A stretch of DNA of 37,461 nt from positions 1-37,461 of the forward strand of contig VMEM01000001.1 of NCBI GenBank assembly GCA_007375535.1, in the 5' to 3' direction. Source of the DNA: Parcubacteria group bacterium LiPW_41. Lineage in GTDB: Bacteria > Patescibacteriota > Minisyncoccia > UBA6257 > GWB1-50-10. Position numbers and translations under genes: made by a program. The notes under the pieces were generated by a model. It was not told the DNA's origin. It was given only the letters and a program-made list of their open reading frames with translations, and searched no databases. Of the stretch, positions 28,117 to 36,684 are shown piece by piece; within the stretch, counting starts at the first letter, position 1, and each line of letters opens with the position of its first letter.

Positions 28117-28155
28117 AATTCCTAAACCCAAGTTGCTAATAACTGACCCCTTTCT

Positions 28156-31100
28156 TTATTGTTCCTCTGTTGTCTGCCTCTTTCGTCCCACATTTATACA
28201 ATCACTATTTTCTTTGCATTGTTTTTCAGAAGACTCTTTTTTGGTAAGCCCGAGAATATCCGGCCCAACCCACTTCGTAAGCGAAAAGTCACAATAACTG
28301 TTTCGAACACAAACAGGAGATTTTTCAGTGGTATTTACAGCAGTATTTGGAAGTGTCTTTCCCGATCCATCAGCCATTGACCACTTTATTTTTGTTGGAT
28401 CACTTGGATTCTTTAAACCCACACGATAATAATATACTGTGTCTGGCTCTAACTTGTCATCTTTAAACGACGGCTGAGTTACTGGATTTACATTTGCAAT
28501 CACAAAATAATCTTCATTTGCATTATACGCAGCACCCGCAGAGAATATTCCCCCAATCATGTTTTTGATTTCTGAGGCAAATGAAGCAATCGCATCATAC
28601 ACACTCGCAGTAAATGAGCTCACCGGCGATGATTTTTTACTCGTTCCATCCCCTACAAGTAATTTACTTATTTTTACACGCAGACTCTCAACAACTGATT
28701 TTTGATCTCCAAATTGAGATAATTTGATTCCTCCAAGATGTGCACTTGAACTTGATGATGAAGCGGTTGTAGTAGTGAACCGTGCTTGAGCAGACATGTC
28801 AGATTGAAGATATCCAACATTCGGAGATCCAACCCACGTACTGAAATTACAAGTAGACAATTTGTCTTTATATCCAGCAGTGAGACTACTTCCTTTTTGA
28901 TATGCGCCACCAGAATATTGCACAGGACACGCCGTTCCACCACTAACTGTAGGGGTCGCACAAACACTCGGGGAAACACTCACATCATAATCGAAACAAT
29001 ATTTCCCAAAATTTGCTATAGCCGAGAGACTATTTTGGTTTATAGTAACTGTGCACGTGTCACTTGTACCACTACACGATCCACTCCAGTTTGTGAAATA
29101 ACAGGCGTTAGTATCATCTGAATGGTCTACAACTATTTGTGTATCACGTTGATATGCGCCACCAGTATGCGGAGATTGACAAGCTGTATATGATTTAATA
29201 CTGACGCTTCCACATCCGTCACCTCCAACATCAGCAGTAAAGTTATAACACCACTTCAAAAATTCTGCATTTGCATATATTTTTCCGAGTCTTGGCGTGT
29301 TACATGGATTTTGTGTTGTACATCCCGAAACACCATTCCACGTATTAAAGAACGCATTCTTTTCGCTGGTAGTGTCGGGTGGCATATAATTCCATTCAAT
29401 TTGTGCTTGTTCCTCCGGCTCGTAATCTGCAATAACCTTTCCCGTCCTCGTATTCAAATTTTTCAAATTTTCAGTAACATATCCAAAACCTGCCCCATCA
29501 CCATCAACACCAATAATCACACGATACGCAGTTCGCACCTCAACCGATGGTGCCTCATCTATCGAAATTACACGAACAAACTTTCCAGTTATTGGATCGG
29601 TGGTTTCATAATAAGGAACAATTTTGTATGTATATATTTCTCCCGCTTCTAATGTGTTATCCTCCCAACTTAATGTACCACCTCTCGTCGAGGAGCCCCC
29701 AAATTTAACAACATCAGGATTCAACGTTGTGGTTGCTAAATCAATATTTTCAAATGAAATGGCGTTACCTCTTTTAACCGCGGTAAGTCCGTTACGTTGA
29801 ATAATAGTCCCTGTTTCGCGCACCGAATCATCGGTCCATGTTAAGGTTGTTTTGTATGGCGAATAATCATAATTCCAATGGTTCGATGCAAGTGTTTTCA
29901 CAGGTCTTGTCGATGTTGCCTTTATGACTGGCAATGGCGGCGTTGTAGTCGCGACAAGTTTCCCATCAGTTGATGAGGCATTAAATAGTGAACACGCTGG
30001 TTTTGGACGATATTGATCATTCACACTACACTCGGACCCAAGACACTCTGTATATTTTGGAACAATTGATGAACATGCACGAATTCGATAAAAGAATGTT
30101 GTTCCCTCTCCCTCACGTCCCACGTTATCACTGAGATAAACAGAAGATGTAACACCAGTAAATTTCTTTGGATTTGTTGAAGTAACTACTACCGGTCGAG
30201 TATTGTGAAATGTCCTATTTGCAACACATGCTGGATCTCCTTTTGCTGCGTCCGTCGAACACCCTGGATATATTTCGCTTGCCTTATCTTCATTTCTAAA
30301 TCGATTCACTGTCGAACTACTTCTCTCAAGCCAAATATCAAATGGAGTACTCGTAGTAATATTTTTCCATGTAAGTGGGATGGTTTGTGAAGTAACTTTT
30401 GCTTGTGTAGTTGTAACACCAAACTGTGTTGTTGTTGCGGGGGTAAGTTTTATTCGCTCAACTTGGAACGTGTAGTTTGTGCTTGACGTTGCGTTGTCTT
30501 TCCAATTCAAAAGCAACGTAGTGAGATTTTGCGCATATACTCTAAGTCGTGATGGATTTTCAGCAACTGGAGCATCAGGCTTACACCCAGAAGTGTACAT
30601 ATAGTACACCTTGCTTGGCGTTGGATATCCTGCAGAAAGACGATAGTAGTAAGATGTAGATGTTGAAAGTGAATTATGCGTGTACACACCACTTCCAATA
30701 CTTGGATTCTTTATCGACTTCCAAGGACCGCCAGGAGATGTTGTTGTTGAATATTCCAAGATCAACATATGGTTTGCATATGTTCCATAATTTGGATCAC
30801 TCCACTCCTTAATCCACTCCACATTGATCGAGCCCTTGTCTGGTGTGCAATAAAATTGATATGGATTTTTTGTTATTGAAAGCGTAGTGCTCGCTTTTTC
30901 TGTAGTCGAAGAAGCAAAAACAATTGCGGTCCCCACATCAGTCATATCAGGAGCGGTGAATGTCGTCGTTGCAATATTCGAATCTGGAGAAACCGTCCCA
31001 AGAGTTGTGGACCAACTTACATTCTGACCAGGAACAACCCATAGTGTTACTCTTTCACGTGGTGCATAACTGATTGCATCTGGAGATTTCTTTATGGAAA

Positions 31101-32955
31101 GTGATGGAGGTGTAGAATCTTCAAATACAATCCATCCACCAACAGTGGGTCCGCCCCAAATAATACCCTTTAGTTTATTATTAATTGCACTTCCATTCTT
31201 TTTACACGTCTCTCCAGTTTGATAGGTTGTTGTTAAGCCCGTTTCTGGATTTGTATAAGGAATTGCTTTTGTCTCACTATTTCCAAAACAGAGTCCATAT
31301 TTAAATGAACCATCTTGTGTCGCCCCTCGTAAATTTACCCATCCGTCCCACCCCGGTGCGTTTGGATTTTCAAACAAAAATCGTGCCCACCCACTAATCT
31401 GGCCGGTTGCCTCATCATATACAGCACACCCACCAGTTGGACACTTAGCAGAATCAACAACCTCAAACGAAAGCCATCCAAATAATGGATTCCATGCTCC
31501 ACCACCAAGTTTATATTTACAATCAGTCCCCTCAATACAACTTGAATTTACTTTTTCCTCCGTAATATATGCACTATTCACCTTCAACCAACCACCAGTT
31601 TGCATCCAGCCCTCTCCATCTAGAGTAAACTTCTTTACAATTGGAACAAGATTTGCTGAAACGACGTTTGAATAAAGATCAGATTTCTTTTTTGATATTT
31701 TATCTTCGACATACGCCCTAAAAAGATAGGTCGAACCAATAGGAACAGATGCAGTCAATTCAGGAACATCTCCAACTTCCAAAACAGTGTGTCTCCCTAA
31801 TTCTGTATACGTTGATCCACCATCCGTCGATTTTTCAATTACTACATATCGAGGAAAATTATTTGCGGTATCAACCCATGTAAAGGTGAGAGGAACAGGC
31901 GATGGTGTGCCGGTCACTCGATTAAATAAATTTTTAGTGATAGTGAGCTCTTCAGGCGCGGGTATTCCAGTGACCACTGAACCTTCTGCATATTTTGATG
32001 TTCCAATTACTCCATTATTGTCTGTTTTTGCGAAAACTCGATAATAAATTTTCTGACCGCCAGAAAACTGCTGACTCACATTGTAATTTGTGTCACTTCC
32101 TGTACTAGACGCAAATACCGAAGAAAAATTTGAAAACAACGAAAGTTCAGCAATGTAACTTGTTGCCTCAGATGAAGTATCCCACGACAATTTAAGTTTC
32201 CATTCCCCGGTTGATCCAATCGGAGTCAATGTCGGACTTACATTCTGTGGTGTTGGAGGAATAATAAGTGTTTCAGAAGCATTAGAAAATGCAGCACCAC
32301 CATCATCGGTCAATGTAACTGTTCCAAGAGGACAAGAGTCCCCAATTTCATATGCTTTAATATTAAAATAATATGGCAGCGTCGAAGATGGTGCTCCCCA
32401 ATAAACTGGAGAAGAAAGAAGATTTATTGCTTTTGGTATTTTAGTTCCATCTTTCGCCTCATAGACGCGATATCCACTAAACAACGGCGTCATTCCTGAA
32501 GACGCATCCCAAACAATTTTTGCAGTGCCAGATTCCCAAGTTTGTTTTATATTCGCAGGGACTGATGGAGCTTTTATATCTAGTGTTGTAGTGGAAACCT
32601 GATCACTCCAATCAGAACTTCCAAAACTAGAATTTGCTCGTAATGAAACTGTATAAGATTTTTTCTTTTCAAGTCCTGTAATTGAGTGGGTTAGTGTACA
32701 CGTTGGAGAACTACATGAGAGTCCTGAAATCTGCGTAAACGAGTTTGAACTTACTCTTTTATCAAAAGAAGAGGCCACACTATCTTCCGAAAAATTTACA
32801 TCAATGCGACACGCAGAAATAGGAACGAGTGATGTTATTCTTGGCTTATTTGGCTTCGCTTGTGCATCACTATTGTTTGCTGAATAAAGAAAAATTCCAA
32901 CAAAAATAAAAATGGACGCGAGGAGTAAAAAACCAAAAAGTCGCTTTGGATTCAT
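28156..32955 (-). CDS. Large secreted surface protein/adhesin with fibronectin type III-like repeats
   Basis: Signal peptide; Thr/Ser-rich; several FN3-like units (L.W.D.S..E.G, DDKLEPDTVYYYRV); Trp/Gly repeats (GGAWNPLFGWLSF, GWARF, WDGWV.L.G); B-repeat-like units (FTNWSGSCSG). Confidence 0.85.
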   Translation of the reverse strand: MNPKRLFGFLLLASIFIFVGIFLYSANNSDAQAKPNKPRITSLVPISACRIDVNFSEDSVASSFDKRVSSNSFTQISGLSCSSPTCTLTHSITGLEKKKSYTVSLRANSSFGSSDWSDQVSTTTLDIKAPSVPANIKQTWESGTAKIVWDASSGMTPLFSGYRVYEAKDGTKIPKAINLLSSPVYWGAPSSTLPYYFNIKAYEIGDSCPLGTVTLTDDGGAAFSNASETLIIPPTPQNVSPTLTPIGSTGEWKLKLSWDTSSEATSYIAELSLFSNFSSVFASSTGSDTNYNVSQQFSGGQKIYYRVFAKTDNNGVIGTSKYAEGSVVTGIPAPEELTITKNLFNRVTGTPSPVPLTFTWVDTANNFPRYVVIEKSTDGGSTYTELGRHTVLEVGDVPELTASVPIGSTYLFRAYVEDKISKKKSDLYSNVVSANLVPIVKKFTLDGEGWMQTGGWLKVNSAYITEEKVNSSCIEGTDCKYKLGGGAWNPLFGWLSFEVVDSAKCPTGGCAVYDEATGQISGWARFLFENPNAPGWDGWVNLRGATQDGSFKYGLCFGNSETKAIPYTNPETGLTTTYQTGETCKKNGSAINNKLKGIIWGGPTVGGWIVFEDSTPPSLSIKKSPDAISYAPRERVTLWVVPGQNVSWSTTLGTVSPDSNIATTTFTAPDMTDVGTAIVFASSTTEKASTTLSITKNPYQFYCTPDKGSINVEWIKEWSDPNYGTYANHMLILEYSTTTSPGGPWKSIKNPSIGSGVYTHNSLSTSTSYYYRLSAGYPTPSKVYYMYTSGCKPDAPVAENPSRLRVYAQNLTTLLLNWKDNATSSTNYTFQVERIKLTPATTTQFGVTTTQAKVTSQTIPLTWKNITTSTPFDIWLERSSSTVNRFRNEDKASEIYPGCSTDAAKGDPACVANRTFHNTRPVVVTSTNPKKFTGVTSSVYLSDNVGREGEGTTFFYRIRACSSIVPKYTECLGSECSVNDQYRPKPACSLFNASSTDGKLVATTTPPLPVIKATSTRPVKTLASNHWNYDYSPYKTTLTWTDDSVRETGTIIQRNGLTAVKRGNAISFENIDLATTTLNPDVVKFGGSSTRGGTLSWEDNTLEAGEIYTYKIVPYYETTDPITGKFVRVISIDEAPSVEVRTAYRVIIGVDGDGAGFGYVTENLKNLNTRTGKVIADYEPEEQAQIEWNYMPPDTTSEKNAFFNTWNGVSGCTTQNPCNTPRLGKIYANAEFLKWCYNFTADVGGDGCGSVSIKSYTACQSPHTGGAYQRDTQIVVDHSDDTNACYFTNWSGSCSGTSDTCTVTINQNSLSAIANFGKYCFDYDVSVSPSVCATPTVSGGTACPVQYSGGAYQKGSSLTAGYKDKLSTCNFSTWVGSPNVGYLQSDMSAQARFTTTTASSSSSSAHLGGIKLSQFGDQKSVVESLRVKISKLLVGDGTSKKSSPVSSFTASVYDAIASFASEIKNMIGGIFSAGAAYNANEDYFVIANVNPVTQPSFKDDKLEPDTVYYYRVGLKNPSDPTKIKWSMADGSGKTLPNTAVNTTEKSPVCVRNSYCDFSLTKWVGPDILGLTKKESSEKQCKENSDCINVGRKRQTTEEQ

Positions 32956-32965
32956 TTGTATTTAT

Positions 32966-33120
32966 TATAGCAAGCGCAGTGAGGAAAATGAATGCGAAGT
33001 ATACATTTTCCGAGCGAGCGTAGCTGCACGAAGCGCTATAGCAAGTGTAGCGAGGAAATGAATACACTAAGTGTATTCATTTCTGAAACAAACGCAGTTA
33101 CAAATTTCACGCTATAACAA
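32966..33120. repeat. Two tandem hairpin units of the same family as 25888
   Basis: TATA(G/A)CAA boundaries at 32966, 33037 and 33113 (71 and 76 bp). Confidence 0.88.
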
Positions 33121-33125
33121 AAAAC

Positions 33126-33152
33126 AAAATCTCCCTTTTTATGGGAGATTTT
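33126..33152 (-). terminator. Terminator of the 406-aa gene
   Basis: AAAATCTCCC-TTTTTAT-GGGAGATTTT with an A-tract on the + strand left side. Confidence 0.7.
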
Positions 33153-33157
33153 AAAGT

Positions 33158-34378
33158 TTAGAAACAGTTTGCTCTACAAGCAATTCCACCACTCCCCCAC
33201 TTTCCCCAACTCATCTTCCACCTACCATCTCCAGCATTATAATAGACATCACAATATCCGCCATTGCTTCCGTCATGTAACATCTTACCAAGAGCACAGA
33301 AGCTGTGTTCTCCAAGATCCTGCACTTGATTTTGTGCTGGCCCATTATATGCACTACCAACCTCTGTAGTACGAATAACGCCAGAAGGAGAAAAAACGAT
33401 CTTTCCCGCTACAAGTTTTCCAGAGGACGCCCCTTGTCTCGTAAGTATAAACTCATCATACACAGAATCTGCTGGTACCGATTTATCGATACACGTCATA
33501 TTATCAATACTTCCACACGATTTATATGTAACACAATTCACTCCTTCTAATGAATATCCAGGATATTTATCACAACTATAACCCTCATCATATCCTAAGG
33601 CGCCCAACGTATTATTATCCCCCGCTTGTGGTACATATGGATTTGGACATTCAAAATAACTTGGGTTTGTATCACATTTTAATATGTTTTGAGGACGTGC
33701 TCTTTCTGCTAAAACCTTCTTAATTAAAGAATACTGTTTTGGATTATTATTAAAAGAAATAATGGTCCCCGTTCGATAATATTTCACAGGAATACTATCA
33801 ATAGAACCAACATACACATCTCCTCCATCATAATAAATTTCTGTTCCCGTTCCCTTAACCCAAAAGTTTGTTCCTCCCGTCCCACTTCCCGTTCCGATGT
33901 CAGTCCATCCTTTTTTGTTATACAACTTTACTTTTCCATCTCCAGTAGAATCATAATAAATCGTTCCAGGGGCTGGAGTCGTCCCACTATCAATTGGAAG
34001 TTGAAGTCCCTTTGTGTAAAGCCTAAAAGGACCAAATGCAGAGATTGAAACCGGACCACTCCCATTCTGAATATTGATCCCTAAACTTAAATCATTAAGA
34101 TCAATAAAATTATTACTCGAAGCATTTACGATTTTTCCACTCAATGTTACATTTGTTGCGCCCGGATCAGTGTTTAATCCAAATCTCAAAGTCTTTAAAT
34201 TAAGGTCTCCAGGTTTTTCTTGCCCCGTATTGCCTGTATCAACTGGTTTACTTTTTAGGCCCCCAGGAAATGGAGCATCTGGACCAAATGGATCCTGTTG
34301 TCCACGCACAATCAAAATTCCTGCAGACAAAAATAATACGACAACGGATAAAACAAGTGAAATATATCTCTGTTTCAT
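33158..34378 (-). CDS. Secreted fibre/adhesin-like protein with Cys-rich C-terminal modules
   Basis: Signal peptide; GTIYYDS...KLY...GW and W...GTEIYY.GG.V.VG fibre-like segments; 10 Cys in the C-terminal half. Confidence 0.8.
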   Translation of the reverse strand: MKQRYISLVLSVVVLFLSAGILIVRGQQDPFGPDAPFPGGLKSKPVDTGNTGQEKPGDLNLKTLRFGLNTDPGATNVTLSGKIVNASSNNFIDLNDLSLGINIQNGSGPVSISAFGPFRLYTKGLQLPIDSGTTPAPGTIYYDSTGDGKVKLYNKKGWTDIGTGSGTGGTNFWVKGTGTEIYYDGGDVYVGSIDSIPVKYYRTGTIISFNNNPKQYSLIKKVLAERARPQNILKCDTNPSYFECPNPYVPQAGDNNTLGALGYDEGYSCDKYPGYSLEGVNCVTYKSCGSIDNMTCIDKSVPADSVYDEFILTRQGASSGKLVAGKIVFSPSGVIRTTEVGSAYNGPAQNQVQDLGEHSFCALGKMLHDGSNGGYCDVYYNAGDGRWKMSWGKWGSGGIACRANCF

Positions 34379-34387
34379 TACTATTAG

Positions 34388-34468
34388 TATAGCAAACGCA
34401 GCGAGGAATGTGTACGCAAAGTGTATGTATTCCGAAGCAAGTGCAGCCGCACGAAGTGCTATAGCAAA
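34388..34468. repeat. Single 72-bp hairpin unit flanked by 9-bp direct repeat TATAGCAAA
   Basis: TATAGCAAA at 34388-34396 and 34460-34468; same family as 25888 and 32966. Confidence 0.88.
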
Positions 34469-34566
34469 TTGGAAAATAGTAGTTAGAACAAAAGGACTAG
34501 GGTTTTAAAACTAAAAATAAGCGTACTTGACAAATTGATATTGCTATTGATTTTTTAGTGGTTTGG

Positions 34567-34604
34567 TGGTATAATGTAATTACACATTAACAAATAAGGA
34601 AGGT
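34567..34604 (+). promoter_or_regulatory. Extended -10 promoter and Shine-Dalgarno site
   Basis: TGGTATAAT followed by AAGGAAGGT just before ATG 34610. Confidence 0.6.
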
Positions 34605-34609
34605 GCAAA

Positions 34610-35518
34610 ATGAAACGTACATTTTTCGTAGTACTCGTAACACTGTTCGCGCTCTTCCTTACTATAAATAGGATTGAGGCACAAACAGGATCTGGGTTGG
34701 ACACACTAACCCAAGTCAACGGATGGAGATTGGTAGAATATGCTCCTGGCGTAACACTTGCCAAGACATGGTTTGTCAATGATCCATTTCATGGAAAGTT
34801 CTCTCAGTTTTTTGAAGTAAATAGAAATAGTCCAAATGTTGCAAATGACAGAGAATATTATGCGATATTCAAAAAAAATCTAAAGACACGCATAAAAAGA
34901 TCCAATTATCTTCAATATAGTTTTAAATATTCCCATTCAAAACCAAATCTTGGGGTTGAAAGTCCATTATTGGATATTGCATTTGAAAATAATGGGACAA
35001 AAACAAACCTCAAAAATATTGTAAATATTGATAGAGATATCTGGACTACATATCCAATTTCAATTAATGATATTGGAGTTGATTCGGTTGATTGTATATA
35101 TTTGCGGATTAGTGGAAATTTCAAAATAACTGTTGTTCAAATTGATTATCTTGTATTTGCAGATTTGCCGCTTAATGGAATAACTTCGGTAATAGAAGAT
35201 TTCGAAGATAGCACAATCACCGATGTTAAGGATAAGTTCACTATTCCAATCAGTTATTACCTTTCTCAGAACTATCCCAATCCATTCAACCCAAGCACAA
35301 CAATCACATTTCACCTTTCAAAATCTTCGTTTGTAACTCTGAAAGTATTCGATGTTCTTGGAAGAGAGGTTGCGACATTGGTGAATGAGGAAAAATCTGT
35401 CGGCGAACACTCTGTTCAATTCAACGCCTCTCACCTTTCATCCGGTATGTACATCTACCAAATCAATATTGGTAATGGACAATTTGTCCAAACCAAAAAG
35501 ATGATACTGATGAAGTAG
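34610..35518 (+). CDS. Secreted protein with C-terminal T9SS type A sorting (Por secretion tail-like) domain
   Basis: Sec signal ending IEA|Q; C-terminus LSQNYPNPFNPSTTI.F...VTLKVFDVLGREVATLVNE...G...V.FNAS.LSSGMYIY...TKKMILMK. Confidence 0.9.
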   Translation: MKRTFFVVLVTLFALFLTINRIEAQTGSGLDTLTQVNGWRLVEYAPGVTLAKTWFVNDPFHGKFSQFFEVNRNSPNVANDREYYAIFKKNLKTRIKRSNYLQYSFKYSHSKPNLGVESPLLDIAFENNGTKTNLKNIVNIDRDIWTTYPISINDIGVDSVDCIYLRISGNFKITVVQIDYLVFADLPLNGITSVIEDFEDSTITDVKDKFTIPISYYLSQNYPNPFNPSTTITFHLSKSSFVTLKVFDVLGREVATLVNEEKSVGEHSVQFNASHLSSGMYIYQINIGNGQFVQTKKMILMK

Positions 35519-35534
35519 CTTGTAATAATATTCA

Positions 35535-35564
35535 AATCCCGCCAGTCCATGGACTAGCGGGATT
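35535..35564. repeat. REP-like palindrome and probable bidirectional terminator
   Basis: AATCCCGCCAGTCCATGGACTAGCGGGATT; one difference from the 5277 copy over this span. Confidence 0.82.
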
Positions 35565-35570
35565 ATTTTT

Positions 35571-36083
35571 TTATAATTTTCCTTCGATATATCTCTTACA
35601 AAACCTTATAAGCTTTTGATCACTCTGAACAAAATTTGTTTCTTTTTTTATTCCTTTGTTATTTTTCCACCATTGCTCTTCAAGACACTTGTCTAACCAC
35701 TCCACCTCACTTGCATCTCCAAATTTTTTTAGAAAATTCCTCTGAACTTTGTACGCATCTCGCTCTGCACTATCTCCAATATATTTTCTTCCTTGCTTCC
35801 ATTGAAACATATGCGCTCCCTCATGAATGAATAATGAAGCAAGATACACACCTGATGATTCAAGAATTGTCTTTGGCTCACACACATATATTCCTTCCTC
35901 TGGAAAAAGCATATTGTCATACGAACCAGTTGGACGAACAATAATACTCCTAATTAATTTAACTGACGAAAAAGAGCGCACCGCATTATTTTCAATAAAA
36001 CGTAGTGCAACTTTTATTTTGTTTATTTCCTTACTATCTGATGCCCCAATAGTAAATGTTTTAAATTTTTTTAGTATGTACAT
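35571..36083 (-). CDS. Hypothetical protein with HExxH motif (putative zinc metallopeptidase)
   Basis: LASLFIHEGAHMFQ...AERDAY. Confidence 0.7.
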   Translation of the reverse strand: MYILKKFKTFTIGASDSKEINKIKVALRFIENNAVRSFSSVKLIRSIIVRPTGSYDNMLFPEEGIYVCEPKTILESSGVYLASLFIHEGAHMFQWKQGRKYIGDSAERDAYKVQRNFLKKFGDASEVEWLDKCLEEQWWKNNKGIKKETNFVQSDQKLIRFCKRYIEGKL

Positions 36084-36097
36084 GTTCCATATCTGTA

Positions 36098-36385
36098 TTA
36101 CTTTTTGATTGATGGAACAGAATTTATTTTTTTAATCATTCCATGTGGGATAAAGAGAAATGTCGCTTTTTTCTCGATCTCTTTTTTTGAACGCTCCCCA
36201 GTTTCTCTATAAATTGAATGTGGATTTTTTATTACAACTCCTTCTCTATTTTCTAAAAACAAAATACCACGCGTACACATCAAAGTTGGAGCCAATCTCA
36301 TATTTCCCTCTCTATTCGTCGCTGAGTAAATAACTGCATCACGCCAATTAATCTCAACAATTTTATTTTGTTTTAATTTAGCCAT
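36098..36385 (-). CDS. Small hypothetical WRDA-motif protein
   Basis: IVEINWRDA...T.G.L...FIP...IKK; similar to the adjacent ORF. Confidence 0.72.
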   Translation of the reverse strand: MAKLKQNKIVEINWRDAVIYSATNREGNMRLAPTLMCTRGILFLENREGVVIKNPHSIYRETGERSKKEIEKKATFLFIPHGMIKKINSVPSIKK

Positions 36386-36633
36386 CCTATTTTTTTAAAT
36401 TTTATTATTGCCTTTTCTGGAATTACGAACCCGTCAACGGGCCACAATGAGTTTGATTTTGGATTATAGTTCACATTTGTAGCTATATTGGTAAAATTCT
36501 TTTTTGCCGAAACAATAAAGCCAGTTGTTACCTGCATTGGTGGCATTTCATTTGGAAATTGTTTGTCATATGAATATGCAGCATCTCGCCACCAAATCAC
36601 ACATACCGGATTCTTCTTTTTGTTCAAAGACAT
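36373..36633 (-). CDS. Small hypothetical WRDA-motif protein
   Basis: VCVIWWRDA...TTGFI...FVIP...IIK. Start moved to ATG 36633, 7 nt after TATAAT. Confidence 0.72.
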   Translation of the reverse strand: MSLNKKKNPVCVIWWRDAAYSYDKQFPNEMPPMQVTTGFIVSAKKNFTNIATNVNYNPKSNSLWPVDGFVIPEKAIIKFKKIGWLN

Positions 36634-36658
36634 ATTTGTAATTATATATCTTGCTATA

Positions 36659-36684
36659 AAAATCCCCACTCTCGTGGGGATTTT
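36659..36684 (-). terminator. Terminator hairpin
   Basis: AAAATCCCCAC-TCTC-GTGGGGATTTT. Confidence 0.72.

Noticed and set aside
28156-34378. Diversity-generating retroelement or shufflon acting on surface proteins
   Set aside because: No reverse transcriptase or recombinase, and I could not see an adenine-variant repeat pair or inverted cassettes by eye.
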